From: Eledone cirrhosa
Taxonomy: Eukaryota
Direction of reading: 5' to 3'
Assembly: GCA_964016885.1 (NCBI GenBank)
Contig: OZ024748.1
Location: 4,278,001-4,342,000, forward strand
DNA length: 64,000 nucleotides
In this document: piece by piece, positions 46,931-60,521 of the stretch
Layout of the letters: each line of letters opens with the position of its first letter
Position numbering within the stretch: the first letter of the stretch is position 1
Position numbers and translations under genes: made by a program
Notes under the pieces: model-generated
The model's database searches: none
Told to the model about the DNA's origin: nothing
What the model saw: only the letters and a program-made list of their open reading frames with translations

Positions 46931-46966
<36 letters not shown>

Positions 46967-46991
46967 TAATACACATGTGTGTTTATATGTA

Positions 46992-47034
<43 letters not shown>

Positions 47035-48071
47035 ATATATATTATATATATATAATTGGAAGTAGCGTATGTATGTATATAACGTGCATACGTACACACA
47101 TATATGCACATGCATACATATACATATACTCATACATACATGCACACACACACAAATATACATACAGAAGCCCGATTAATTATTAGAATAGACACATGCA
47201 CACACCTACACACATATACACCTACACACCTACACACACCTACACACCTACACGCATACACACCGTTGTTGTTGTTGGTGGTAATGGCGACGATGTTGGT
47301 TTCTAAAACGTCTATTACCCACGCTTAAACGGTCAAGTCTCCAGTGTTTGTGATGTCCAGCTGTTGTTGGCCAGGCGCCAAATTAGTACAGATGGAGAGT
47401 CTGTTTACAGAAGGCTATTTTGGCCGTCTCTTGTCCACTAAACCGTGTCCAGTCGGTGAAAATTCTCTGTTCATCAAAGCGTATATCTCGAACGGTTTCC
47501 TTGTAGACTGATTAAAAATTTCGGGCGAGTTGTATATAGGACAGTACGTTTCATTGACTCTTGACCAATACCCCTACCCCTCATACACACACACACACAT
47601 GTTCACACACATCCACACACACAAGCCCACTACCACTAAACGCCCATCTTCACACACGCTACCACATCCGCCATTAGCCTTAATATTCTCACCACAACGT
47701 CCACCACCTACTTCCTCTCCACCACCACCACCAACACCTATACGACCGACACTACTACTAATACTAATATTACCACCACCACCACCACCACCACCACCAC
47801 CACCACCACCACCACCACCACTAACAACAACAACAATATCACTTCCACCACCATCATCACCACCACAAATAGCACCGCCAATACCACGACCACCACCACC
47901 AACAACACTATCACCACACCACAACCACGAATACCACTACCATCCCCGATACCTACACCACCACCACTACCACAACTACACTCACCACCAACACAGACAC
48001 CACTACCCTTATATCTAACCTCCAATTTTACCTTACATGTATGTATATATATATATATATTTATATGTATG

Positions 48072-48105
<34 letters not shown>

Positions 48106-48344
48106 TGTATGTATGTATGTATGTATGTATGAATATATACATATTCATATATACATACAAAAATACATACATACCTATAGACACACATATGGACACATTT
48201 CCCCTATAAATCGCCATTGTATCAATAATCGATTCTCTCTCAGATTCACCGTGTCCGATACATATGTGTCAATTTATGTAAATGTGTATGTATGTATGTA
48301 TGTATGTATGTATGTATGTATGTATGTATGTATGTATGTATGTA

Positions 48345-48395
<51 letters not shown>

Positions 48396-48421
48396 ATGTA
48401 TGTATGTATGTATGTATGTAT

Positions 48422-49095
48422 GTTCTTCTGGTTTTATAATTTCACAAAGTTTTACCAATAGAGAGAGAGTTGGTTTCTAACATAGACACAAGACTCTCTC
48501 ATTGGAATTTACACAACATCAACTAGGTAGATATGTATGTATGCATGCATGTGTAGATATGGATGTTATTGTATGTGTGAATGTGTATGTTTTGAGTTGT
48601 ATGTGTGCATGTGTATATGCTTTCCATCTGCACATGTGTATATGCAGTTATTAGATGCAACATTTTTGGAATGTTTTACATATTTTTACTGTTCCATTAA
48701 TGGATTGTACTTGTAATTTCCTAACTAGTTGTGTTCTTTCTGTTCCTGTGAAGCCTAGCTTCTCAAGATTTGTATTGAGGCAGTTACTAACATATCCCAG
48801 TGCCCCAATAATCACAGGTATAAATCTGAAGGTGTAATCAGGGTGGACTATATGCAGATTTCTCATCAGTTCTGCATAAACATTCTCCTTTTCGTTAATC
48901 TTTGATATTATATTGGCATCTGCTGGGCAGCTGACTTCCACTACTGTGCATGCCTTCTGTTCCCTGTCTCATATCATAATATCTGGTCTGTTATGCCTGC
49001 ATTTTATTAGAGTTTTTACTGGAACATTCCACCAGTACTCTTTCATATTATGTATATGTATATCTTCCACATTGATGTAGCTTTTAATGTGTTTA
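48422..49095 (-). mobile_element. 5'-truncated R4/Dong-like non-LTR retrotransposon (RLE domain and 3' UTR) in (CATA)n
   Basis: Encodes WWNVPVKTLIKCRHNRPDIMI*DREQKACTVVEVSCPAD...KENVY...IPVIIGALG, a PD-(D/E)xK restriction-like endonuclease with one stop. (TATG)n on both sides. Confidence 0.85.
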
Positions 49096-49170
49096 TGTAT
49101 GTATGTATGTATGTATGTATGTATGTATGTATGTATGTATGTATGTATGTATGTATGTATGTATATATAT

Positions 49171-49710
49171 GTCGGGTCACTCTTGAGTGCTACTGGTAAC
49201 ATGTAACTCAGTACAACCTGTCGCATGGTCGAGTCGTCGGCGACAAAACCGGCAACCCCACCAAGTTTACTTGGTGAGGAGGGTGATTTTGGACACCCTG
49301 CAGGACAAAAAAAAACAAAACCTGACAAAGGGCGGAAGAACTCATAAGAGTCAACGGCCATCCAAAAGTGTGTAAATATGTATATACACATGTACCGCGT
49401 GGTTAAACCACTGGGAGTGAAGGACCCCTAGCCTTTGTCAGGGCATTCTTCTAGGAGAAGGCAACTCAGGAAACTGGGATAACTCCGATATAAAACCTGC
49501 GGCTCAGTAGTTACCGATGATGTTGATCTTTTCTTCTTTTCGGGTTATAGCTACTGTCGCTCAGAGAGTGGGATTGGCTCAGTGCACAGTCTTTCCTCAC
49601 TTTAAAAAATATCTTCACGCACAGGCATTGCATGATAGAATTAATTAATAATTATTGACAATGATATATCATGCAATGGCCATACTCGATAACGAGGGGG
49701 CAGCCATCAT
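49171..49710 (+). mobile_element. Non-coding retroposon with an RTE-like 5' UTR motif
   Basis: Contains TCTAGGAGAAGGCAACTC..ATAAAACC. The 3' end CTCGATAACGAG..GGCAGCCATCAT-(GTAT)n is shared with 40030-40179. Confidence 0.55.
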
Positions 49711-49896
49711 GTATGTATGTAGTTATGAAGAAAAACAGTCAAGTCTGCTTATTATGAAACACTTTGGAGAAAATTAGACAGGAATTTATCAGAAATAGTC
49801 CCCGGAATATTCACCAGAGTGTTCTTGTCCACCACGACATTACCCCAGCCCATTTCTCTCACCAAAAAAGAAGAACCTTGCGTTATTTCGAATGGA

Positions 49897-50192
49897 AGTT
49901 TTTAGCCATCCACCACTTATGTTTAGCCATCCACCACTTATCTTTAGACATCCACCACTTATTTTTAGCCATCCACCCATTATTTTTACCCATCCACCAC
50001 TTATTTTTAGACATCCACCACTTATTTTTAGACATCCACCACTTATTTTTAGCCATCCACCACTTATCTTTACCCATCCACCACTTATGTTTAGCCATCC
50101 ACCACTTATCTTTAGCCATCCACCACTTATTTTGAGACATCCACCACTTATGTTTAGCCATCCACCTCTTATCTTTAGCCATCCACCACTTA
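49897..50192. repeat. 21-bp minisatellite TTTAGCCATCCACCACTTATN
   Basis: About 14 units derived from the mariner SHPP codons. Confidence 0.95.
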
Positions 50193-50203
50193 TTATTATC
50201 TCC

Positions 50204-50391
50204 GGTGGATTGGCAGTAACGGTAGAGGGTCGGACGCCATGCTTTGCAGCATATAGTTACGGCCCTTTATGATCTGAGTTCAAATCCCGCCGAGGTTAAC
50301 TTTGTCTTTCATCTTTACGGAGTCGATAAAATAAAGTACCAGTAATACACTGGTTTGATTTCTGGCTTGTGCCTTAGTAGAAACAATTATT
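50204..50391 (+). mobile_element. SINE1, full length, inside mariner
   Basis: Head, B box, core and tail all present. Confidence 0.9.
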
Positions 50392-50752
50392 GTCTCTTGA
50401 ACTTAACAATACTTTTAAAGGTACCCTTTTTGAAACCAATAATGATGTAAAAAGGACCAGTTTGAGATGGTTACATTCTCAGGACACACAGTTCTATCAA
50501 GATGCTATAAATGACTGGTATCGTCCGATACTAAAGACCCTTGATATTGATGGGGTTTATGTGGAGAAACAAAGCTTTATTATATAAAGGTTTTCGTTTC
50601 ATTACATTATTCCACGAAGTTTTCAAATATCCCTCGTATGAATATGTATATTTTTGTGTATATGTATATGTACATGTATATGTATATGTACATGTATATG
50701 TATATGTATATGTATATGTATTTGCATGTGTATGTAAATCGAGGGTAAAAAG

Positions 50753-50798
50753 TAGTTTTAATCGATCTTCGAACCTTTTGGGTTCTCATCAGAAGATA
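50753..50798 (-). ncRNA. Decayed minimal hammerhead
   Basis: Minus strand reads CTGATGA-GAACC-CAAAA-GGTTC-GAAG-ATCGAT-TA. Helix II is perfect and helix I is weak. A related 3' half GAAAATCGATTA lies at 29009-29020 (-). Confidence 0.5.
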
Positions 50799-50889
50799 TG
50801 TGTATCATCTAAATAACTACAAATAAATATGAAACTGAGGGCATTACATACGCTATCACGTATAGTAATATCATATTGCCGATGATATA

Positions 50890-50931
<42 letters not shown>

Positions 50932-51004
50932 CATATATATATGTATATATATATATATATGTATGTATATATATACATATATATATATATACACACACAC
51001 ACAC

Positions 51005-51069
<65 letters not shown>

Positions 51070-51108
51070 CACACACACACATATATACACACACACATAT
51101 ATATATAT

Positions 51109-51170
<62 letters not shown>

Positions 51171-51232
51171 TTATATATGTACATACACCCTCCACATATA
51201 TATTATATATATGCACACACATATACATATAC

Positions 51233-51269
<37 letters not shown>

Positions 51270-51299
51270 GATATATACACGTACTTATATTTGTATGTT

Positions 51300-51338
<39 letters not shown>

Positions 51339-51777
51339 GGAGAGAGTGTGAAAGAGAATGAGAGACAGCCATGAAAGATGTCGTTTAAATAGATTGACAG
51401 GAAGCATTAAACTCTTGTATCATCATTTCTGTCTATAGAGCAAGCTTAAAGAGATAGGTTGCGATAGAGCTTATTAAAAGTCGATAAACAGAGGTAATGT
51501 ATCAGTGAGGTGTGAAAGTGTGCTGTGTGCTGCTTTGATTTATAGTCCCACAGATATCGTCTGTTTTAATCAAATAAATCAAACTGAATTGCCACATTTT
51601 AACTACAGCCATCGTTTCGTATCAATTTTAAACGTTTGCCACACACGGGCATACAAGTTTTAATTCTTATTGCTCCGTTTATAAAGATATTATTACGTTA
51701 TCATAGTTTTTATTAAGACACTCACAAAAACGTACACATGTATATAAGACAAACACACATACTCACACACTCACACA

Positions 51778-51849
<72 letters not shown>

Positions 51850-52153
51850 CGCACGCACATATATACATATACGTATATGTATATAAATAGGGAAGCAGGC
51901 TTTGTTAACAAACAGCTAGCGAATTTGAAAATTAGGTAGTAACATGTGCTTACGCCGTATTTGATTCCATAGAATTAGTTGGGATTTTAGAAAACCAGCT
52001 GAATGGAAAACAAGGATGAATATGGCGTACATGAGACACGAACCCACATCTTTAGTTTGCCGAATATTGTTAATAAATGAAACAAAACAAAGACAGGGAT
52101 GCAAAAATACGAAGGCATATTAGGTTTATGTTTGGCAGAAGTATAGGAGGTAG

Positions 52154-52218
<65 letters not shown>

Positions 52219-52297
52219 AGGAGGTGAGTTTTATTGTAGTAAAGCAATATGTTGATTTAAAACTGCACTATTCACAAGTGTGTTTTAACCTTCATAT

Positions 52298-52382
52298 CAT
52301 GTCTCCCTATTTTATCTGACGAAAACGCAAATGTTATTGCATGATGATATTTGTTTTTGAAATGCGCATAATAAAATACATG
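52298..52382 (+). ncRNA. Canonical type-I hammerhead ribozyme (family E)
   Basis: Helix I TATTTTAT (52308-15) / ATAAAATA (52371-78) plus distal CATG/CATG, CTGACGA (52316-22), a ~15-bp helix II, GAAA (52359-62), palindromic ATGCGCAT, and predicted cleavage after AUA at 52370. Confidence 0.8.
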
Positions 52383-52406
52383 GAACTCTTTTAACCATCT
52401 TTTGAT

Positions 52407-52512
<106 letters not shown>

Positions 52513-52576
52513 AGATCAAAAGATGGTTAAAAGAGTTCCTTTTAACAATTCCTTTGTTATATATATATATATATAT

Positions 52577-52769
52577 AACAAAGGAATTGTGGTAAGGAAC
52601 CAGATGGACCATAACGCACCAGAGTACTCAATACTTAGGGTAGTAGAGTGGGTAATAGGAGAAAGTATGACCCCGACGGCAGAGATCAAGCCGTTTCGAC
52701 GGCTATTTCTGGTCCAGAAATAGCCGTCGAAACTGCTTGAGCTCTGCCGTCGGGGTCATACTTTCTCCT
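52577..52769 (-). mobile_element. Family C fold-back element
   Basis: Reverse-complement tail, then a palindrome centred on TTCTGG-T-CCAGAA. Confidence 0.8.
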
Positions 52770-52869
52770 GTATATATATTTATTTACCGATTCTTTGCTT
52801 AAACTTTAATCTGTTATTTTAATAAATATATATATATATTAAAATATATATATATTGATTGATATAATT

Positions 52870-53125
52870 GGTGGAGCATCGCGTAAAATGGTGTTTCGGA
52901 GTTTGATCTGGTCGCTTTATATTGTTTTCAAATCCTGGCGAAGTCAACTTACCTTTTATCTTTCCGGTGTCGACAAAACAAAATACAACATAGAGTTACG
53001 GCCCTTTATGTTCTGAATTAAGATGCCACCGAGGTTAACTTTACCGTTCATCCTTACGGGGTCGATAAATAAAGAACAAGCACCAGAGTTAATTTAATCA
53101 ACTTTATCCTTACCCCATATTTACT
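52870..53125 (+). mobile_element. Two diverged SINE1-related fragments
   Basis: B-box-like and core sequences occur twice. Confidence 0.55.
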
Positions 53126-53393
53126 GAACTTCTGTTAAACGCCACACCAATCTAGTCCAATATTTCTTCCGAAAATAGTGAGCTTATAATCAACGACATT
53201 CCTATCGTGACCATCCTGTCTTTAATTTCAGACAAAATATATCTAGGCTTGCATTATCAAAATATGTTCTTCGTGAGGTTGAAATTTGAATGGGGGAATT
53301 TGGCTGCTATTTCTAACAGTTTGAATGATCACGTTGTAAGTCTCGTATTGTCTCTGTAATTGGAGGGTACTTTTTAATAGCGTCTGCTGGAAA

Positions 53394-53462
53394 ATTTATG
53401 ATGACTGCCGGGTAATTTATGATGGCTGCCGGGTAATTTATGATGGCTGTCGGGTAATTTAT
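53394..53462. repeat. 21-bp tandem repeat AATTTATGATGGCTGCCGGGT, three copies
   Basis: Read directly from the sequence. Confidence 0.85.
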
Positions 53463-53769
53463 AGATGTCCAACTGTCAGCCGTAATTCCATTTCTTTCAA
53501 CATTAAAATGATTAGTCTGCTAATAGAGAACACACAAATTTCCCACACATCCATATACACATATATAAACACGCATACCATACATATATATATATATATA
53601 TACAAATGTGTATATGTATATATATGCACATATAGTGTTCTGTAGATATAGATGTATACACACAAATAAACAAACACACATTACATATGTATTTGAAATG
53701 TAATGCAAGATATTAATTAATATATATATATATGTGTGTATATATATATATTAATTAATATCTTACATT

Positions 53770-53851
<82 letters not shown>

Positions 53852-53996
53852 GTATATATATTAATTAATATTTTGCAGTAAATTTATATATGTGTGTGTG
53901 TGTGAGAGAGAGAGTTTGTGTGTGTGGGTATGAATTAATTAATATCAGATATATAGCTATATACACATATATTAATATGTATGTATATATATATAT

Positions 53997-54061
<65 letters not shown>

Positions 54062-54360
54062 TGTGTGTATGTATGTGTGTGTGTGTATTATACCCACACG
54101 CATTTATGGTAGATTAATAATTAATATAAATTATATTTTATATCATTATTTTATTCATATAATTATAAATAATACAAATACCAGCGATTGAGTGTTACAC
54201 TGAATAAATATATTGTAAGTTCAAATCCCACAGAGATTGAGGCAGCAGGTTTCCTCTATTAAACGACACCATTCCCTGCATACTTTGGCTGTCTATCAGT
54301 CCTCAGACCAATTTGTAGTCCTGTTAAGCTAATACAAGCTTCACCATAATATTGGGACTA

Positions 54361-54545
54361 AATAATTGTTTCTACTTTTGGCACAAGGCCAGCAATTACC
54401 CCAGTGTATTACTGGTACTTTATTTTATCGACCCCGTAAGGATGAAATGCAAAGTTAACCTCGGCGGGATTTGAACTCAGAATAGAAAGGGCTGTAACTC
54501 TATGCGTCAAAGCATGGTGTCCGACCCTCTACCGATACTGCCAAT
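54361..54545 (-). mobile_element. SINE1 copy
   Basis: Reverse complement of head, core and tail. Confidence 0.9.
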
Positions 54546-54684
54546 AATATAGTCTAAATGGTAAGACAGTAGGCATACACATACACGTAACAGAGGACCC
54601 GAACTCCCATTGTCATCGCCTCCATCTCTCTCACCTTCCCCATCTCTCACTATTATGAGCAAATGGGGTCCCATGCACTGGCCG

Positions 54685-54950
54685 CTATACGGCCTTGGTG
54701 GACAGAATGGAGAAAGCGTTTCCCCGGGGGGTGGAGACGGAAATGCGCTGGAAGAGCCATTCCAACTCGCGAGGCTCACACCTGTGGCTCGCCAACTCAG
54801 CGCATATGGTGGTAAGTAGTGAGGTAGCCCTAGGGCCAATGACACAAGAAATCTCCACTTCTAGGGGCTCCACTGCAAACATGTCTGAGAGCGACCTTCA
54901 TTGCTGAGAGTATAGCCCTTTTCTGGCCATGAGGAGATTAGTAGCGTACT
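54685..54950 (-). pseudogene. CRE-like RLE non-LTR retrotransposon C-terminus
   Basis: PLEVEISCVIGPRATSLL...EPRELEWLFQRISVSTPRGNAFSIL matches the PxAxETxGxxGP...LFQRISVAxQRGNA pattern. Confidence 0.75.
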
Positions 54951-55035
54951 TGGGGTCATAGATTGGGTGACAGATTTAATCCTTCACACGGTTTTTAAAC
55001 AAGAACCTGGGGTAGTAGAGTATGCTTATATTATA

Positions 55036-55492
<457 letters not shown>

Positions 55493-55799
55493 GGAAGAAC
55501 GAGACAGTGTGTATGTGTGAGAGATAGAGAAAGAGAGATAGAGAGTGATGAAGAGAGGGAGAAAGGAGTAGGAAATAGTTGGAGGGGATTTTAACGTAAC
55601 TGAAGTGGAACTAAGTGTGGTTGCTCCTTGAGGTGGACATAGGTGTTGGTGGTAGGGGTGGGGCTGGTGTAGTGGCGTTTAATGTTCAACACCACCGTCA
55701 CCATTGAGATAACCATCACCATCACCATCATCACCAACTTCTCCACCATCCCCGACTTCGACCCCCCTCACTACTAGCACCACCACCATCACCACCACC

Positions 55800-55849
<50 letters not shown>

Positions 55850-55854
55850 CACCG

Positions 55855-55921
<67 letters not shown>

Positions 55922-56504
55922 CACTACTACTACTACTACTACAACGTAGGGAGGGCCTTTGATGTTTAAGCCGCCGCCATATGGAACTTGAAAAAGCGGT
56001 CAGTCGAAACGACAGACGCTGGTGTGTAGTGGTCAATTGCGGTGGCTGGAGTGGCTTAGATGGTGAAACTGATACCAGTGGTGGTGGTGGTGGTGGTGGT
56101 AGTGACGGTATTGGTGGTTATGGTGGTAATTGTATGGGAGACCATGAAGGTGGAGTGGTTAGAGTAAGTAAAAAGGTGGTGGAGGCGGTGGTAGTGGTAG
56201 TGGTAGTGGTGGTGGTGTTTCTAATGACGGACTGTAGGGTCAGCTGTGGTCGGAGTGAGGTTAGAAGCTACGGTTGGTGAGGTGGTGTGAGGAGGCATGG
56301 AAATGGAGGCATGGCGGAGGTGATAATGATAGTTAGTGAGGTGGGGGAGATGGGAGGAGGTGTTAAGGTTGGCGGCGGCACATTCTTTAGTTTGTTTGAT
56401 TTATGATACTGTAGGGCAATATTTTAACCTTAGCCAACACAGAGATAGAGAGATAAATAGATAGATAGATATATATATATTATATATAGATATATAGATA
56501 GATA

Positions 56505-56539
<35 letters not shown>

Positions 56540-56659
56540 TATAGATAGACATATTTCTTTATTTATTTATAGATAGATAGATAGATAGGTATATATATAG
56601 TAAAACAGATTGGGAAATTAGAAATTTGAAATGTCGTCGTCCCAAATAAAATGGCGATA

Positions 56660-56756
56660 ATAATTGTTTCTACTTTTGGCACAAGGCCAGCAATTATTCC
56701 AGTGTATTACTGGTACTTTATTTTATCGACCCCCGTATGGATGAAAGGCAAAGTTA
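56660..56756 (-). mobile_element. SINE1 3' fragment
   Basis: Core and tail present. Confidence 0.8.
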
Positions 56757-57062
56757 ATAGCTGATAACTATAAATAATGTGAAAATTGGGTAAAGTACCA
56801 CTGGGGCGAGATTGTGAGAGATAGAGATAGAAAGAGCGAGAGAGGGAGAGAGAGAGAGAGGTGGAAAGGAAAAGAAAGAAGGAAAGAAGAAAGAGTGGGA
56901 AGTGGACAGTTTGACCAGCTGGACAAAAGGTATCGTCCCCTCCACCTCATATAAATGTTTTTCTCATTTTAATGTGTTTTATATCTATGATTGCATCTGT
57001 ATATACATGCATTCATACATACACATATAAACGTACGCATACACACAGACACACAGACGCAT

Positions 57063-57100
<38 letters not shown>

Positions 57101-57101
57101 G

Positions 57102-57137
<36 letters not shown>

Positions 57138-57186
57138 ATACATTAACAGAGAAAGCTTTATGCTATACTCGTATATATATATATAT

Positions 57187-57545
<359 letters not shown>

Positions 57546-57549
57546 TAGA

Positions 57550-57610
57550 TAGGAAAAGAGTCAGGATCCCGACAGCTGAGCTCCGGCCGTTTCGACAGCT
57601 AGATCCGAAC
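57550..57610. mobile_element. Family C left arm, same subfamily as 29861
   Basis: ...GGCCGTTTC-GACAGCTAG-ATCCGAAC. Confidence 0.7.
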
Positions 57611-57616
57611 GAATAT

Positions 57617-57660
<44 letters not shown>

Positions 57661-57975
57661 CGCGCGCGCGCGCGCGTGTATGTGTGTATGTGTGTGTGTG
57701 ATGTTGAATCTGGACAGTGTTTGTTGTTGTTGATGATGTTCTTGTCACTTGTTGTTATAGTTGTTATTGTTGTTATGGTCAATGTTGCTTCTGTTGGTCT
57801 TAGTGGTAATTCAATCTCAACTTTAGTTTGTGTAATGGCTTTACCGTATGGTAGCCGGTTCTTTCATTTTGTCTTAATTTATTTTTAATTTCAGACATTT
57901 GTTTTCTCTATTATTACTGCAACAGATACATCCCTCTTCTATCTCGATATATTAAATCCGCCTATAGACAGTGAA

Positions 57976-58091
57976 GGCGTGTGGCTGAGTGGTTAGAGAA
58001 TTGGATTCTCAATCGTGAGTTTGTAAGTTCGATTCCTGGACCAGGTGATGCGTTATGTTCTTGAGCAAGACACTTTATTTCACGTCGCTCC
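57976..58091 (+). mobile_element. SINE2, tRNA-derived, V-domain-like
   Basis: TGGCTGAGTGG A box, GTTCGATTCC B box, and CTTGAGCAAGACACTT..GCTCC. Confidence 0.75.
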
Positions 58092-58634
58092 TTCTACCTG
58101 GAGTTGCGACCGATAGAAAGCATTAGCAATTGGAAAAAACCAACGGAAACATTGTTTCCTCGGTCCGATGTGATGAATGTCGATTGACTATAGTCAGAAT
58201 CGGTAGAGCGTCCTATTAAGTGATCCTAACATTAGTAACGGCTCTCTACATTCTGAGGTCAAATCCCTCCAAAGGTTGACTTTACAGTTTATATTTTCGG
58301 AATCGATCAAAAAAAGACAAGTCAGGTCGAGTACAGTGGGTCGAGTACAGTGGCTTGGCAGAAATGTTAGAGTACCAGACATGGTGATCTGCAAGTATCA
58401 CTTCCTGTCCTCTGAGTTCTAATTTCACCAGCTACATCACTGCAACCAAGCTGTATTCAGATTCACATTGACACATTGGACAAATTTCTGTTACTATGGG
58501 CTCCGACTGATCAATGCTTTCTGAGCAAAAATTGGTAGACAGAAACTGTCTGTGTAGAAATGGCACCTAACTGTTCCGTCTATAAGGTTCTTTGTCATCG
58601 TTTGTGGGCTTGAAACAGCGAGCGAGTGTAGGAT

Positions 58635-58822
58635 TAGAAATAGAAGCTTTTGCCGTATTTCTTGACTAAAGAAATTTTAGCCTGATAGTCGGGTTTAGAA
58701 CCCTCTAAGAAATGGAAAAAGATGAGTATTGACGCGTGAATACTCATCTTTTTCCATTCTAAACCTCACTATCAGGCTAAAATTTCTTTAGTCAAGAAAT
58801 ACGGCGAAAGCTTCTATTTCTA
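58635..58822. mobile_element. Family D fold-back element
   Basis: Nested inverted arms centred on GACGCGTG (58731-58738). A second copy at 58906-59055 starts CGTCAATACTC. Confidence 0.75.
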
Positions 58823-58847
58823 GTATATCTATATATCTATCTATCTA

Positions 58848-58895
<48 letters not shown>

Positions 58896-59055
58896 TATGT
58901 GTGTACGTCAATACTCATCTTTTTCCATTTCTCCGAGGGTTCTTAACCTCACTATCAGGCTAAATAATTTCTTTAATTTCTTTAGTCAAAATACGGCGAT
59001 AGCTAACATTTCTAATAATTTCAAATCAACTCGCTGTTTCTAAAATATTCTTACT

Positions 59056-59130
<75 letters not shown>

Positions 59131-59507
59131 TAATACCACCACCACCACGGCCATCACCACCATCGCCAACACCACCACCACCACCACCACCATCACTACC
59201 ACCTCCACTAACATCAACACCACCGCCACCACCACTACCAACACCACCATCATCACTACCACAATCACTACCACCAACACCACAGCCACCTCCACCATAT
59301 ATGTATGTGTATATGCTCGTATATATATACACACACACACAAACTCACACACAGGCACACACACGAACACACACACACAAATATATATATATATACATAT
59401 ACACATATACATATATATATATATATATATGTATGTTTGTATATATATACATATATACTATTTATGTATGTTTGTATATATATATATATACTGTATGTTT
59501 ATACACC

Positions 59508-59583
<76 letters not shown>

Positions 59584-59616
59584 TGTATATATATATATAT
59601 ATATATACTGTATGTT

Positions 59617-59665
<49 letters not shown>

Positions 59666-59885
59666 GTGTGTGTGTTGTATCACTCAACGCCCCCTCAGTA
59701 AACTGCTGAAGATCCGAATCAGCGTTGATATCCACCTGTCGGCACAGACAGACACTGTTATTTCAAGAGATCAAAGACAAGAGTTATGTAGAATGACAAA
59801 GACACTCTCACATCCGGAAGACGTCAAAGACCACATTCTTTTAATCCCTTATTCTTTCACTGCTTCCTGATATTTCGACTGCGGC

Positions 59886-60521
59886 CAGGGCCAGATTTAA
59901 TGGTAGGCCAAGGGGACAAAGGCCCCGAACCCTCTCTAGTGGTGAGGCCCCACCAGGAACGGCCATAGTTATTTATTTGTGTCCTCAGCTGGGCTTTTTA
60001 GTTTTAGGATGGTTAGAATTTTTTTAATTTAATACCTGTATGTATAACTTTTCAATCCAATTACTTGTGCCAAGGCGCGTGAAGTCGCAAGGCTTAGTGG
60101 TTAGAGCATTGGGCTTGCAATCGAAAGGTTGTGAGTTCAATTCTCGGACAGGGTGATGTGTTGTTTCCTTGAGCAAGACACTTTATTTCACATTGCTCCA
60201 GTTTACTCAGCTGTAGAAATGAGATGATAGGACTGGGGTCCCTATCATTAAATCACCCAAGACACCTCTAACGAGATATACCTTGGAGGAGGCCAGCTAA
60301 ACCTGCATAGGTGTGAGCTGTCACACACACACACACACATAGGTGTGAGCTGATACACACACACACACACATAGATGTGAGCTGACACACACACACACTT
60401 GCACCAAGCTAACTTTGATATGTAAAATTGTGGGGTTTGCTGTTTATTTTAATTTTTTGTGTATGAGGGGACCGCCAACCCTGAAGTGACTCGGGCACCC
60501 CAAGGTTTAAATCCAGCCCTG
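59886..60521 (+). mobile_element. hAT MITE with a perfect 8-bp TSD
   Basis: TIRs CAGGGCCAGATTTAA / TTAAATCCAGCCCTG. TSD ACTGCGGC at 59878-59885 and 60522-60529. Confidence 0.9.
60075..60396 (+). mobile_element. SINE2 nested in the hAT MITE
   Basis: A and B boxes, CCTTGAGCAAGACACTT, a CA-rich reiterated tail, and TSD ACTTGTGCCAAG / ACTTGCACCAAG. Confidence 0.8.

Larger units (their letters stand above)
49722..50638 (+). pseudogene. Mariner transposase 3' half with right TIR, interrupted by a minisatellite and a SINE
   Basis: LVHHDITPAH (cf. HDNAPAH), EVFSHPP, then FKGTLFETNNDVKRTSLRWLHSQDTQFYQDAI...DGVYVEK. Ends TTTTCAAATATCCCTCG-TA. Confidence 0.85.

Noticed and set aside
49171-49260. Possible HDV-like ribozyme at the 5' end of the RTE-like element
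   Set aside because: Only an imperfect P1 was found, and L3 and J4/2 could not be assigned by eye.
57976-58050. Possible tRNA gene (also 60075 and the SINE1 heads)
   Set aside because: There is no complete cloverleaf and the sequence continues into SINE body.
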